In this document: positions 1 through 12,175 of the stretch, one piece after another
How the letters are laid out: each line of letters opens with the position of its first letter
How positions within the stretch are numbered: the stretch's first letter is position 1
Notes under the pieces: model-generated
Seen by the model: only the letters and a program-made list of their open reading frames with translations
What the model was told of the DNA's origin: nothing
Databases searched by the model: none
Translations under genes and position numbers: made by a program
NCBI RefSeq assembly: GCF_006345805.1
Contig: NC_043006.1
Span: 4,464,001-4,528,000, forward strand
Direction of reading: 5' to 3'
DNA: 64,000 nt
From: Octopus sinensis
Taxonomy: Eukaryota

Positions 1-81
1 CATATACACACATACACATACATACATACATATACACGTATATATACTCACACATATATACACATACACCTATATACACAC

Positions 82-131
<50 letters not shown>

Positions 132-250
132 CATATACACATACATATACATACACACACATCTACATACACATACATCTACATACGCACACCCTATTAC
201 ATACATACATCAACACAGAGGTATACAGGCATCTACACACATACATATAT

Positions 251-310
<60 letters not shown>

Positions 311-840
311 GAACGCACACAAATACACATATATACACATATATACACCAACACACATACGCATACATAAATGTATACATATGTATATACATATGCATAC
401 ACATACACACACACACGCGCATCTATATATACATAAACACATACATGCATACAAACATATACTTATATACATACATGCATACTCAAATAATAAATATAAG
501 TATATATATATACGTGCAATTACCTATCATACAGACGGATACATACATATAAACATATAAACATACACATATATACCTATTTACACATATGTATATATAC
601 ATACATACATACACATACACATAAAACTACATACCTACATATACATAAACACACCGGCGTACATGTATATATATATATATGTGTGTGTTTATGTATATGT
701 AGGTATGTAGTTTTATGTGTATGTGTATGTATGTATATATAAAATTAAAATTAGGGAAGAAACGTGTGTGTATGTGTGCGCATGTATATGCATATGTATG
801 TGTATGTATGTGTGTATGTATATGTATATGTATGTGTATA

Positions 841-898
<58 letters not shown>

Positions 899-900
899 AA
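1..900. repeat. Compound (TA)n/(CA)n/(TG)n microsatellite, low-complexity tract
   Basis: Long runs of TA, CA, TACA and TG. All YI/HT/CV-rich ORFs here are artefacts. Confidence 0.95.
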
Positions 901-1637
901 AAGCAATAAAGATTCAAGTTAATTTAAATGAATTTACTTGAATATGGTACCTAACTTAGATGCACCAAAAAAAACTATACTGTTTTAACAATACAGTAAT
1001 GTGGGGTGATTATAAGCGAGAAAGAAGCAACAAGAATGGATAGGTTTTTAGTACAATCGTTTCATACAAGGACAGGCTTTATTAAAAGTTGTAAAAATTA
1101 CAGCATATAAACGTGTCCCGTACTCATCAGCTAAAATACATGTGAGTTCTCTAGACATCCTAGTGGTTGAGGCTATACTCATGAAGTAATGTAGATAATT
1201 AAGTAACATAAACAGATTTCCAAAGTTCATTAAAGTTCTTTAAAGATGATGTACAGTCTTATCACAGAATTTTAAAAAAGTTCTAATAGCATCACAGAGA
1301 AGGTGACCTAATCCATAGAGCACATATGAATTTCCAGAGATATGATGAGGGATTACATACTCACAGAAGACAAATTTATCCATTGTTAATCACAACGAGG
1401 TGGGTCTCAATTCCTGCTTATTAGCATTACAGAGAGGGTGAATTAATCCTTTGTATAGATGCACAATTTCCAATGGTGTAAATGTAAGTTTCCAGAGAAA
1501 CGAAGAGGAATTTCATATTCACAGGCGATAAATTAATCAATGGTTGAACACAATGAGGTAGGTATCAATTCTTGTTATATGATTAGGTATTTGCCACATT
1601 AATCACATTACTGCTATTTACAAGAGGCTGTAGCTAC

Positions 1638-1727
<90 letters not shown>

Positions 1728-2449
1728 TTGCGTGACACTGAACGTAGCTCGAATATCTGGAAATCTCCCCAAGTCGAATCATTAGTTTTCCCCACAGGGT
1801 GTATATACCTCCGGTACAATGGTCATGGGATTAGGATGTTGAAGAAATGAAGTGCAAAACGGATTCCTCAACCCGAACCAATCGACAGGCTCTATAGGGG
1901 TAGACCAACAACGAGTTCGTTGGAGAATATTAGTTTGTCAATCAAGGGAATCCAGCCGGAAAGTGTAATGGTGGTGCCTTCTGATTGGAACGTGTGGAGG
2001 AGATAACTCAGGACTCTACACACACGACCCAGGAATATTGGACATAGACTGATAGTTGCATATATACAGGTGTACAAGTGTATTTATGTGTGTGTGCGAG
2101 TGTGCGTTGTGTAATTATATGAGGCAGCTAGTTAGCAGAGTTTCACCTGAAAGGAAAACAATAAACGTTATTTAATATGACTGAAGGTGTTAGAACACCT
2201 AAACTGCTAGAAATAAGTGCTAAATGGATCTGTTGCTGCTGTCAACGCACATATATACCGATCTACATATATACATATGTACCGGTCTAGAGATGAAACC
2301 GTACGGTATAGAGATGTCAGTAGTTTTCACTCACTGTCAACTACAGTCGCCGCTGGCATGTATGTATAAAATCATATGTGCGTTGACGGCAGCAACAAAG
2401 CCATTTAGCTCTTATTTTTAGCGGCATAGGTGTTGAATGACACTTTATA

Positions 2450-2530
<81 letters not shown>

Positions 2531-2577
2531 TTATAAGTATATGAAAGAATGGAGTTGAACGACTAGTTAACAAATAT

Positions 2578-2672
2578 CCTTTATTCTCGACATATGTTTC
2601 GAAGGCTGCATATTCCTAATTCCGAGGGAATAAAGAGTACATTATGCAGATTTCTCGTCAGGAAAATCAAGG
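2578..2672 (-). ncRNA. Type I hammerhead ribozyme in the Penelope pseudo-LTR
   Basis: Minus strand reads ccttgattttc-CUGACGA-g...c-GAAA-catatg-UC-gagaataaagg. Stem I has 10/11 pairs, stem II has a G-C closing pair plus ctgcata/tatgcag, stem III is short and palindromic. GUC cleavage site between 2589 and 2588. Confidence 0.8.
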
Positions 2673-3205
2673 AACTTATGTCGACATCAAAATGCACAAA
2701 ACACTTTTAGCTGACCGCTCTCAAGGAGCCCATGACGATAATGAGTGCCTCTTTATAATGAGTGACGTCAGAGTGGCTGAATGTAGAAGAATCTAGAAGT
2801 TTCTAAAGGTTCAAGAGTTCAAACGAAGTAGGAGGAGGGAGGCATAAGAATAGTAAGGTGAGAGAGTGCAGGTCAAAAGAATGGTGGGTTTAAATGATTT
2901 TTTTTGTGAATGAGTGCCTGTGTGTGTGACTGTATATAACTGTCTTAATGTGTGTATGTGTGTGTCTGAATGCGTGATTGTGTTTGTAGATGGGTAGATG
3001 TCAGAAAACTGACAGCTGAGAGGTGAAAGATCTGTGTCTGTGTGTTCGATTATGTTTACTGTAGAGAAAGGAAGGGAGAAAGAATGGGGCGAGCTGAGAG
3101 GCAACGCAAGAATGGATAGTAGTAATTGGGAATATAAGAAAATCTTTTTGACTATTGGGTTGAAATATAGGAAAGATTTTTTGGGAAATCGAGGGGTTAT
3201 CTATA

Positions 3206-5851
3206 TTAGTCACTATTAAATGAGTGAAAGGTATGTCTTTTCCAGTGTAAACACCTGTAGGATCTTTCGACGATTGTGTTTATTAAAGGGCCTTTGGCGA
3301 ACAAAATATGAAAAAGTTCGGAATTACAGATGCCACAAAATTTTCTGCCTTTATCAAACGGGAAGGACACCGACAAAATGGACCATTCGAGCTTGAACGT
3401 AGTGTTATTGTTCTTCAGACGCCAGACTAATTTGCTTAGCCCCGTGCTGTGTTGCTTTCTCTTATCTCTGAAAGTGGAATAATGGTTGGAGACCCTTTGG
3501 GCTAATTTAGAAGAGGTTGCGCCAATATAGAAGTAGACATCGGCTCCAGAAGAGATTTTGCATTGGTAAGTGGTGTTTCTAATTTTGGAATTTTTGGATA
3601 AGAACTTTAATCTGTTGAGGTTGGTTTCCGATACTAAGACAGAGTTTTTATTGTGATAGGTGTAAAAATTGTTGCTGGCTTTGGTCACGATACTATTCAT
3701 CTTATTATCATTACTATTAGTCGTAATATCGTCGGCAAATTCCCTGGCTATAGGAATGCTGCGATTGTTATCATCAATAATAACTGTTATTAAGAATGCT
3801 GGTACTATTACCACTAACACCACCACTGTTAATAATCTGGCTAATGTTATTATCATTATTACTATTGCTAACGCTAATGCTGCTATGAATGTTGCTAATA
3901 TCCATACTACTTCTATTATTATTATTAATGTATGTTACGTTGGAATGGGTAAGGGCGGTGTCGCTGCTCATGGGTGGAAATACCCTATTTAGCAGCTTAT
4001 TATTGTGGGAAGCTATTATCTGCGAAAGATTTTTAGTATTTGAGAATGCTATTCTTACTTTATGCGAATTTATAGTGGAGTAGTATCTAGAATTCCTAGG
4101 AAAATTCTTAGTAACGGCTTCACGGAATTGTAAAGGGAGATTAGACCTAATTTGTCTCCCGAAAGGAATCACAAACCAGATATAGTATTTTTTTGTTCTT
4201 GGAATGGCTGAGAGTGTTGACATTTACATTAAAGGGTATATTTCTGTGTTGTAGAATGGGTTTAGGTTTAAGCTGGCCTCCCCTGGTCCGTAAGTTATTA
4301 TTATAAAATATATTTGTGTCGCCGTTGCTAGAGCTGAAATCACTATTTATGTTATTTATATTATTATTAGAAGTTATCTTATCTTGATGGGTAGATCTTA
4401 GTTTAGGATGGGCCGGATCGATATATGATACCTTATCCCTATAACCGGCCTTTGAAAGGCGGCATTAAAAAATTCTGCTTTCTGTTTTAAAAATGTCGAC
4501 ATTTGCTGATAACTTAGATAGTCTTAAGGATATATTTTTAACCAAATTATCGGTGATAGTTTTTGCATGGTTACTGAAAATACTGACATATTTTAGGTTC
4601 GTAGACGGCTTGTGGTAAGGGAAGTAAGAATTATTATGCAAATTTAGGGTAACATCTAAGAAATTGGCCTTAGTTAGTTCGTTGTCAAAAATTATGCTCA
4701 TGCCCATCCTGCTGAAAAATATAACTAAACTATTTTTGGTCTTCTGTATCCTACTGTTAGGGGCATTCTGTAGGTAAAAAAGACAATCATCTCGATACAG
4801 ACCGCCACAGATGTCCGGGAATTGTCGGCTAATTCATATAGAATATAAATTCCGACCAAATCGGCTACCTGGGCGCTATCTGAGCTTCCCATTGGCACAT
4901 CGAACGCGTTGGGAGTATCCTTACGGACCCATAACTTATCATCGAATTGAATGAAGGATTTTCTAGCGGATAGAATTATATTAATTTCCTCCCTTGTCAG
5001 CCCTGCCTTGTTATGTGCGTGCCATAGGGCCTTATTGAGCACGATGGGGTTTATCGAAGGGTAGAAATTGGAAATATCGAATTGAATGAGTTTAGTGCTA
5101 TTTTTATTAGAAATGGAAGAGAACCATTCTACGACTTGAGTGGAGTTAGACCATATGTTGAGTTTAAGCTTATTAACTAATCTAGGTATGTATTTATCTA
5201 AAATGTACTTACTTATGGAACCGATGTCGGAACTAGAAGGGCAAATGAGCCTTAATGCTGGGTTGGTTTGGAAGTTTGGTTTATGGTCCTTGACGATGAA
5301 TCTTGGTTGCCTTGGGTTGAGTGGTTGTGTTTTCATTTGCAAACCATGAGTAACCATGATTTTCTTAATTTCAAGTTGGCTTTTCTAAGTGTATCCTTAT
5401 TCGTAGTTCTGTAATTCTTCTGTATTTCCTTCTTGAGCAATTCTAAATACTGTTTTTTTGCTAGCATGTATGTATTCCTGGTTTTATCTGATTGGACCAG
5501 GATAGCGTCTGAGCTGTTTATATCTTTGGTAATTTTGTTGAGGTATCTAAGGTGTTTATTCCTAAGGGGCAATTTACGGAATTTAACGCTCCTTACAATG
5601 TCCCACAAGTCGTCCTCAAATTTCTTCAGTCTGGGATTGGGTGGCGGTGTCTCCCTCGACTTGAATGGCTTCTTATATTCGGAAGATGTTTCTGTACCGT
5701 TCTGTTTTAAGTCCTCGTTATCATGGAAAAAAGCGAGCCATCTAATTCGGTTGATGAAAGCATTTGTTTTGTTGACAAATTCCTTAAGGAAGGTTTCTTT
5801 TGGTGGTATTGGTATGTCCTTAAGGGATGCGTTAATCTCGAACAACTCCAT
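3206..5851 (-). pseudogene. Disrupted RT/GIY-YIG polyprotein ORF of the Penelope-like element
   Basis: Colinear RT and EN motifs are split over at least five reading-frame segments, implying at least four frameshifts. Confidence 0.85.
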
Positions 5852-6119
5852 TTGCGGTATCTGTTAATGTAGCAGGATCTGGACGAAGCTGTATATGAAT
5901 ATTTGAGTAATTGAATGAATTATCTTATTAAGGATAACCGATACCTGGGTAGCAAATTCACATCAGAAAGAACACGGTTGAAGCTAGGTCCCTGGGGCAT
6001 AGACTACGTGTCTTCGTGCGGAAATTTGTATGTTTATTATAAAATTATAAGTATATGAAAGAATGGAGTTGAACGACTAGTTAACAAATATCCTTTATTC
6101 TCGGCATATGTTTCGATAA

Positions 6120-6770
6120 CTTCCTGGAAATATCTCGGAAACTTCCTGCAAATGCTGAGGATATGAAAGAAAGTTCCTGGGATCCCCCAACTTCCTGGAA
6201 ATTTGGTAGAACACTGCATGGAAAGATCCTAGGATTTCATACAAAGTTCCGGGGATTCCACCAACTTACCGGAATATAACATGGAAACTTCTTGGAAGGT
6301 TCCGAGGCTTCAATGGAAAGTTCCTGGAATTTCCCAACTTCCTGGAAAATTGTCGGGATCTTCATGGAATGATCCAAGGATTTCCTGGAAAGTTCCTGTG
6401 ATTTCCCAACCTCCTGGAAAATTGGTCGCAAATTTCATGGAAAGTTCCGAGAAGTTTCCCAACCTCCTGGAAAATTGATCAGAAACATCATGGAAAGGTT
6501 GAAGGAAGTTTGCTAATCCGAGGAACTTTCCAGGAAATCCTCGGAACTATCCATGAAGATCCGGACAATTTTCCAGGGAGTTGCGAAATTCAAGGAACTT
6601 TCCACTAAATACTCGGAACCTCCCATGAAGTTTCCATGATATTTCCCGGTAAGTTGGTGGAATCTCCGGAAGTTTCCATGAAATCCTAGGAATTTTACAT
6701 GAAGTTTTTTACCAATTTTCCATGAAGTTGGGAAATCGCAGGAACTTTCATTGCAACCCTCTGAACTTTG
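6120..6770. repeat. Diverged subrepeat array (caacttcctggaaa / ttccatgaa motifs) forming an imperfect inverted repeat
   Basis: Arms ~6169-6395 and ~6522-6749 are reverse complements, e.g. caccaacttaccgg versus ccggtaagttggtg. Confidence 0.8.
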
Positions 6771-8735
6771 ATCTCTGTCGGCAATCTCCTTGATCTCTAC
6801 CAACACTCCTCTTTGATCTCCGTCGGCGCCCTCTTTGATCTATGTCGGTGCCCTCTTTGATCTATGTCGGCATCCTCTTTGATCTCTCTCGGCACCCTCT
6901 TTGATCTCTGTCGGCACCCTCTTTGAACTCTGTCGGCACCCACTTTGAACTCTGTCGGCGACTTCTTTGATCTCTGTCGGCATCCTCTTTGATCTCTGTC
7001 AACACTCCTCTTTGTTGTCCGTCGGCGCCCTCTTTGATCTCTGTCGACGCCCTCTTTGATCTATGTCGGCGCCCTCCTTGATCTCTGTCGGCCCCCTCTT
7101 TGATCTCCGTCGGCGCCCTCTTTGATCTCTGTCGGCACCCTCTTTGATCTCTGTCGGTGCCCTTTTTGATCTATATCGGCACCCTCTTTGATCTCTGTCG
7201 GCGATCTCTTTGATCTCTGTCGGCACCTTCCTTGATCTCTGTCAACATTCCTCTTTGATCTCTGTCGATGCCCTCTTTGATGTCTGTCGGCGCCCTCTTT
7301 GATCTCTGTCGGAACCCTCTTTCATCTCCATCGGCGCCCTCTTTGATCTATGTCGGCACCCTCTTTGATCTCTGTCGGCGACCTCTTTGATCTCTGTCGG
7401 CACCCTCCTTGATCTCTGTCAACATTCCTCTTTGATCTCTGTCGATGCCCTCTTTGATGTCTGTCGGCGCCCTCTTTGATCTCTGTCGGCACCCTCTTTC
7501 ATCTCCATCGGCGCCCTCTTTGATCTATGTCGGCACCCTCTTTGATCTATGTCGGCACCCTCTTTGATCTCTTTCGGCACTCTCTTTGATCACTGTCGGC
7601 ACCCTCTTTGATTTCTTTCGGCATACCTCTTTGATCTCTTTCGGCACATTCTTTGTTCTCTGTCGGGCCCCTCTTTGATCTCTGTCGACACCCTCTTTGA
7701 TCTATGTCGGCACCCACTTTCATCTCTGCCTGCACCCTCTTTGATCTCCGTCGGCGCCCTTTTTGATCTTTGTCAGCAGGCTCTTTCACCTCTGTCAGCG
7801 CCCTCTTTGATTTCCGTCGGCGCCCTCTTTGATTTCCCTCGGCATCCTCTTTGATCTCCGTCGGCGCCCTCTTTGATCTATGTCGGCGCCCTCCTTGATC
7901 TCTGTCGGCGACCTCTTTGATCTCTGTCGGCACCCTCTTTGATCTCCGTCGGCACCCTCTTTGATCTCTGTCGGCGACCTCTTTGATCTCTGTCGGCATC
8001 TTCTTTGATCTCAGTCGACGCCCTCTTTGATCTATGTCGGCGCCCTTTTTGATCTATGTCGGCGCCCTCTTTCATCTATGTCGGCGCCCTCCTTGATCTC
8101 TGTCGGCACCCTCTTTGATCTCTGTCGGCACCCGCTTTGATCTCTGTCGGCACCCTCTTTCATCTCCGTCGGCGCAGTCTTTGATCTATGTCGGCACCCT
8201 CTTTGATCTATGTCGGCACCCTCTTTGAGCTCAGTCGGCGACCTCTTTTATCTCTATCGGCACCCTCCTTGATCTCTGTCAACATTCCTCTTTGATCTCT
8301 ATCGGTGCCCTCTTTTATCTCTGTCGGCGCCCTCTTTGATCTCTGTCGGCGCCCTCTTTGATCTCTGTCGGCACCCTCCTTGATCTCTGTCGACACTCCT
8401 CTTTAATCTCTGTCGGCACCCTCTTTGATCTCTTACGGCACCCTCTTTGATCTCTTTCGGTGCACTCTTTGATCTCTTTCGGCACCCTCTTTGATCTCTT
8501 TCGGCATACCACTTTGATCACTTTCGGCACCCTCTTTGATTTCTTTCGGCACTCCTCTTTGATCTCTTTGGGCATACCTCTTTGATCTCTTTCGGCATAC
8601 CTCTTTGATCACTTTCGGCACCCCTTTTGATTTCTTTCGGCACTCCTCTTTGATCTCTTTCGGCATACCTCTTTGATCTCTTTCGGCACCCTCTTTGATC
8701 ACTTTCGGCACACTCTTTGATCTCTTTCAGCAACC
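6770..8735. repeat. 22-bp tandem satellite (ctctttgatctctgtcggcacc), ~90 units
   Basis: GATC core spaced 22 nt apart, with occasional 23-nt units. Three units give the 22-aa period seen in the minus-strand ORFs. Confidence 0.95.
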
Positions 8736-8739
8736 ACTT

Positions 8740-11570
8740 TGATCATTTTATCGATCTTATATGTCGAACCGCTAAGTCATTTTATTGATATCGTTTGGCG
8801 AACAGCTACGTCATTTTATCGATCTCGTTTGGGTACCGCTACATCATTTTCTCGAACTCGTTTGGCGAACCTCTACGTCATTTTAATGATTACGTTTGGC
8901 GAACCGCTACTTCATTTTATCGATCTCGTTTGTCGAACCGCTACGTCATTTTATTGATCTCGTTTGTCGAACCGCTTCGTCATTTTATCGAATTCGTTTG
9001 TCGAACCGCTAAGTCATTTTTTCGTTCTTGTTTGGCTACGTCAATTTATCGATTTCGTTTGACGAACCGCTACATCAATTTTTCGTTTTATCGATCTTCT
9101 TTGGTGAACCGCTACGTAAATTTATTGATCTCGTTTGTCGAACCGCTACGTAATTTTATCGATCAAGTTTGTAGAACAGCTAAGTCATTTTATCGATCTC
9201 GTTTGTCGAACCGCTAACCCATTTTATCGATCTCGTTTGGTGAACCGAAACGTCATTTTATCGATCCTGTTTGGAGATCTGCTACATCATTTTATCGATC
9301 TTGTTTGTCGAACCGCTACGTCATTTTTTCGAACTGGTTTGGCAAACCGCTACGTCATTTTATTGATCTAGTTTGTCGATCCGCTACGTCAATTTATCGA
9401 TCTTGTTTGTCGAACCGCTACTTCATTTTATTGATCTCGGTTGGCGAACCTTGACGTCATTTTATCGATCTCGTTTTTGCGAACCACTAGGCCATTTTTA
9501 TCGAATCCATTTAGTGAACCGCTAATGCTTTTTTTTCGATCACATTTGGCGATCCGCTACATCATTTTATCGATCTTGTTTGGCGAACTGTTACCTCATT
9601 TTATCGATCTCGTTTGGGTACCGCTACATCATTTTATCGAACTCGTTTGGCGAACCGCTACGTCATTTTAATGATGTCATTTGACGAACCGCTACGTCAT
9701 TTTATCGATCTTATTTGTCGAACCGCTACGTCATTTTATTGAACTCGTTTGTCAAACCGCTAAGTCATTTTATCGATCTTGTTTGTCGAACCGCTACGTC
9801 ATTTTTTCGAACTGGTTTGGCAAACCGCTACGTCATTTTATTGATCTAGTTTGTCGATCCGCTACGTCAATTTATCGATCTTGTTTGTCGAACCGCTACT
9901 TCATTTTATTGATCTCGGTTGGCGAACCTTGACGTCATTTTATCGATCTCGTTTGGCGAACCACTAGGCCATTTTTATCGAATCCATTTAGTGAACCGCT
10001 AATGCTTTTTTTTCGATCACATTTGGCGATCCGCTACGTCATTTTATCGATCTCGTTTGGCAAACAGTTACGTCATTTTATCGATCTCGTTTGGCGTTCC
10101 GCTACATCACTATATCGAAATCGTTTGGCGAACCGCTACGTCATTTTAACTATTTCGATTGTCGAACCTTACGTCATTTATTGATCTCGTTTGTCGAACC
10201 GCTACGTCATTTTAGCGATCTGGTTTGGCGAACCGCTACGTCCTTTTATCGATCTCGTTTGTCTATCTGCTACGTCATTTTATCGATCTTGTTTGGCGAA
10301 CAGCGACGTCATTTTACCGATCTTGTTTGTCGAACCGCTAAGTCATTTTATCGAATTCGTTTGTTGAACCGCTCAGTTAATTTATTGATTTCGTTTGGCG
10401 AACCGCTAACCCGTTTTACCGTTCTCTTTTGGCGAACCGCTAAGTCATTTTATTGATCTCGTTTGGCGAACCGCTACATCATTTCATCAATCTCGTTTGG
10501 CGAACCGTTACGTCATTTCATCGATTTCGTTTGGGTACCACTACATCATTTTATCGAACTCGTTTGGCGAACCGCTACGTCATTTTAATGATTTCGTTTG
10601 GCGAACCGCTACGTCATTTTATCGATCTCGTTTGTCGAACCGCTACGTCATTTTATTGAACTCGTTTGTCGAACCGCTAAGTCATTTTATTGATCTTGTT
10701 TGTCGAACCGCTACGTCATTTTATCGATCTGGTTTGGCGATCCGCTACGTCATTTTTTTCGATATCGTTTGTCGATCTGCTAAGTCATTTTATCGATCTT
10801 GTTTGTCGAACCGCTTCGTCATTTTATCGAATTCGTTTGTCGAACCGCTAAGTCATTTTTTCGATCTCGTTTGGCGAACCGCTACGTCAATTTATCGATT
10901 TCGTTTGACGAACCGCTACCTTAATTTATTGATTTCGTTTGGCGAACCGCTACGTCAATTTATCGATCGCGTTTTGCGAACCGCTAATGTATTTTAGCGA
11001 TCTCGTTTGGCGAACGGCTAAGTCATTTTATCGATCTCGTTTGGTGAACTGCTAAGTCATTTTATCGATCTCGTTTGGCGATCCGCTACGCCATTGTATC
11101 GATCTCGTTTGTCGAACCGCTAAGTCGATAAAATGACGTAGCGGTTCGCCAAACGAGATCGATAAAATGATGTAGTGGTTCGACAAACGAGATTGATAAA
11201 ATTACGTAGTGCTTCGCCAAGTGATATCGATAGAATGACGTAGCCGTTCGACAAACGAGACCGATAAAATGACTTAGTGGTTCGCCAAATGATATCGATA
11301 GAATGACGTAGCGGTTCGCCAAACGAGATCGACAAAATGTTCTAGCTGTTCGACAAACGTAATCGATTAAATGACGTAACGGTTCGCCAAACGAGAGCGA
11401 TAAAATGACGTAGCGCCTCGCCAAACTAGTTCGCTAAAAGGAACTAGCGGTTCGCCAAACGAGATCGATTAAATGAAGAAGCATTTCGCCAAATGAGCTT
11501 GATAAAATGACCTAGCCGTTTGACAAATAAGGTCGATAAAATGACTTTGCGGTCCGGCAAACGACACCGC
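8740..11570. repeat. 34-bp CpG-rich tandem satellite (cgctacgtcattttatcgatctcgtttggcgaac) with orientation switch at ~11126
   Basis: Unit read directly from the sequence. From ~11125 the units are the reverse complement (tcgataaaatgacgtagcggttcgccaaacgaga). Confidence 0.95.
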
Positions 11571-11574
11571 TATA

Positions 11575-11986
11575 AAAAATTTTGCTGTGTCGTATGAATT
11601 TGTCACCCATAATTATAACCCTAGTATCGATCTATTGCATTTCAATCTATTTTAGATTTAGGGTTAGAGTTAGGGTTATTTAGGGTTAGGGGTTGGGGAA
11701 GGGTATTTTTTTCTTCACAAATGTAAATAAACCCAATCTGTTTCTTAAACAAGAGACATATTCATTATGCACAGAATGTTATTTACGTCAATGGAGGTAA
11801 TTGATTGGTTAAAATTGCCGAAATGCAAGAAATTTTAGACGAAATATGTTACAACCTATAGAATTTTCTCAATAAAACCAAGAGAAAATGATGTTTTATA
11901 AACACATTCTACCAGTATACGAAGTTTAAAATTTTTTAGTTACCTAGAAATTATGTTACAAACTGCCGTTCAAAAGGAAAAGATCC
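11575..11986. mobile_element. Unclassified interspersed repeat with TTAGGG-like tract
   Basis: ttagggttagagttagggttatttagggttaggggttgggg at ~11657-11700; ends ctgccgttcaaaaggaaaagatcc. Resembles a recalled octopus repeat; class not determined. Confidence 0.5.
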
Positions 11987-12045
11987 AATTTTTTTACACA
12001 AAGTAAATAATTTGTTTTAAACAAAGTAAATAAAACCCAAAGTAA

Positions 12046-12175
12046 GGATCGACTAGTCACGACTAGCTGGCGCGAGTACGCGAGTGCGCGCAACGGGACT
12101 GCTCTTGTTAAGTAGTACCACGTGATCTTTGTCTCCTGGCAACATCTTGTCAACAATCAACCAAAACCAAGCAAG
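12046..12175 (+). promoter_or_regulatory. CpG-rich proximal promoter/5' UTR of EVG1 with E-box and X-box-like motif
   Basis: CG cluster at 12070-12095, CACGTG at 12119-12124 and GTCTCCTGGCAAC at 12131-12143, just upstream of ATG 12176. Confidence 0.5.

Larger units (their letters stand above)
2526..6116 (-). mobile_element. Penelope-like retroelement (RT + C-terminal GIY-YIG endonuclease), frameshifted, with pseudo-LTR direct repeats
   Basis: ORF pieces 5851-5333, 5357-4725, ~4797-4465, 4223-3774 and 3856-3206. RT motifs: QFDISNFYPSI, FDVPMGSSDSAQVADLVG, GLYRDD (YRDD at 4797-4786), NFLDVTLNL. EN motif: NTTYQCK...FYIGATSSKLAQRVSNH. 77-bp direct repeat 2526-2602 / 6040-6116 with one mismatch. 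Abuts (TA)n at ~2452-2525. Confidence 0.9.

Noticed and set aside
82-941. YI/HT/CV-rich ORFs
   Set aside because: Dinucleotide microsatellite artefacts.
3206-5851. Naiad-type selenoprotein PLE
   Set aside because: The EN is C-terminal rather than N-terminal, and the disruptions are frameshifts rather than in-frame UGA codons.
6999-11424. Many Arg/Lys-rich ORFs
   Set aside because: They are translations of the satellite units in all frames.
8740-11570. 34-bp repeats as a CRISPR array
   Set aside because: The units are contiguous with no unique spacers, there are no cas genes, and the context is eukaryotic.
11657-11700. True telomere or telomere fusion
   Set aside because: Only a few degenerate TTAGGG units, inside an interspersed repeat.
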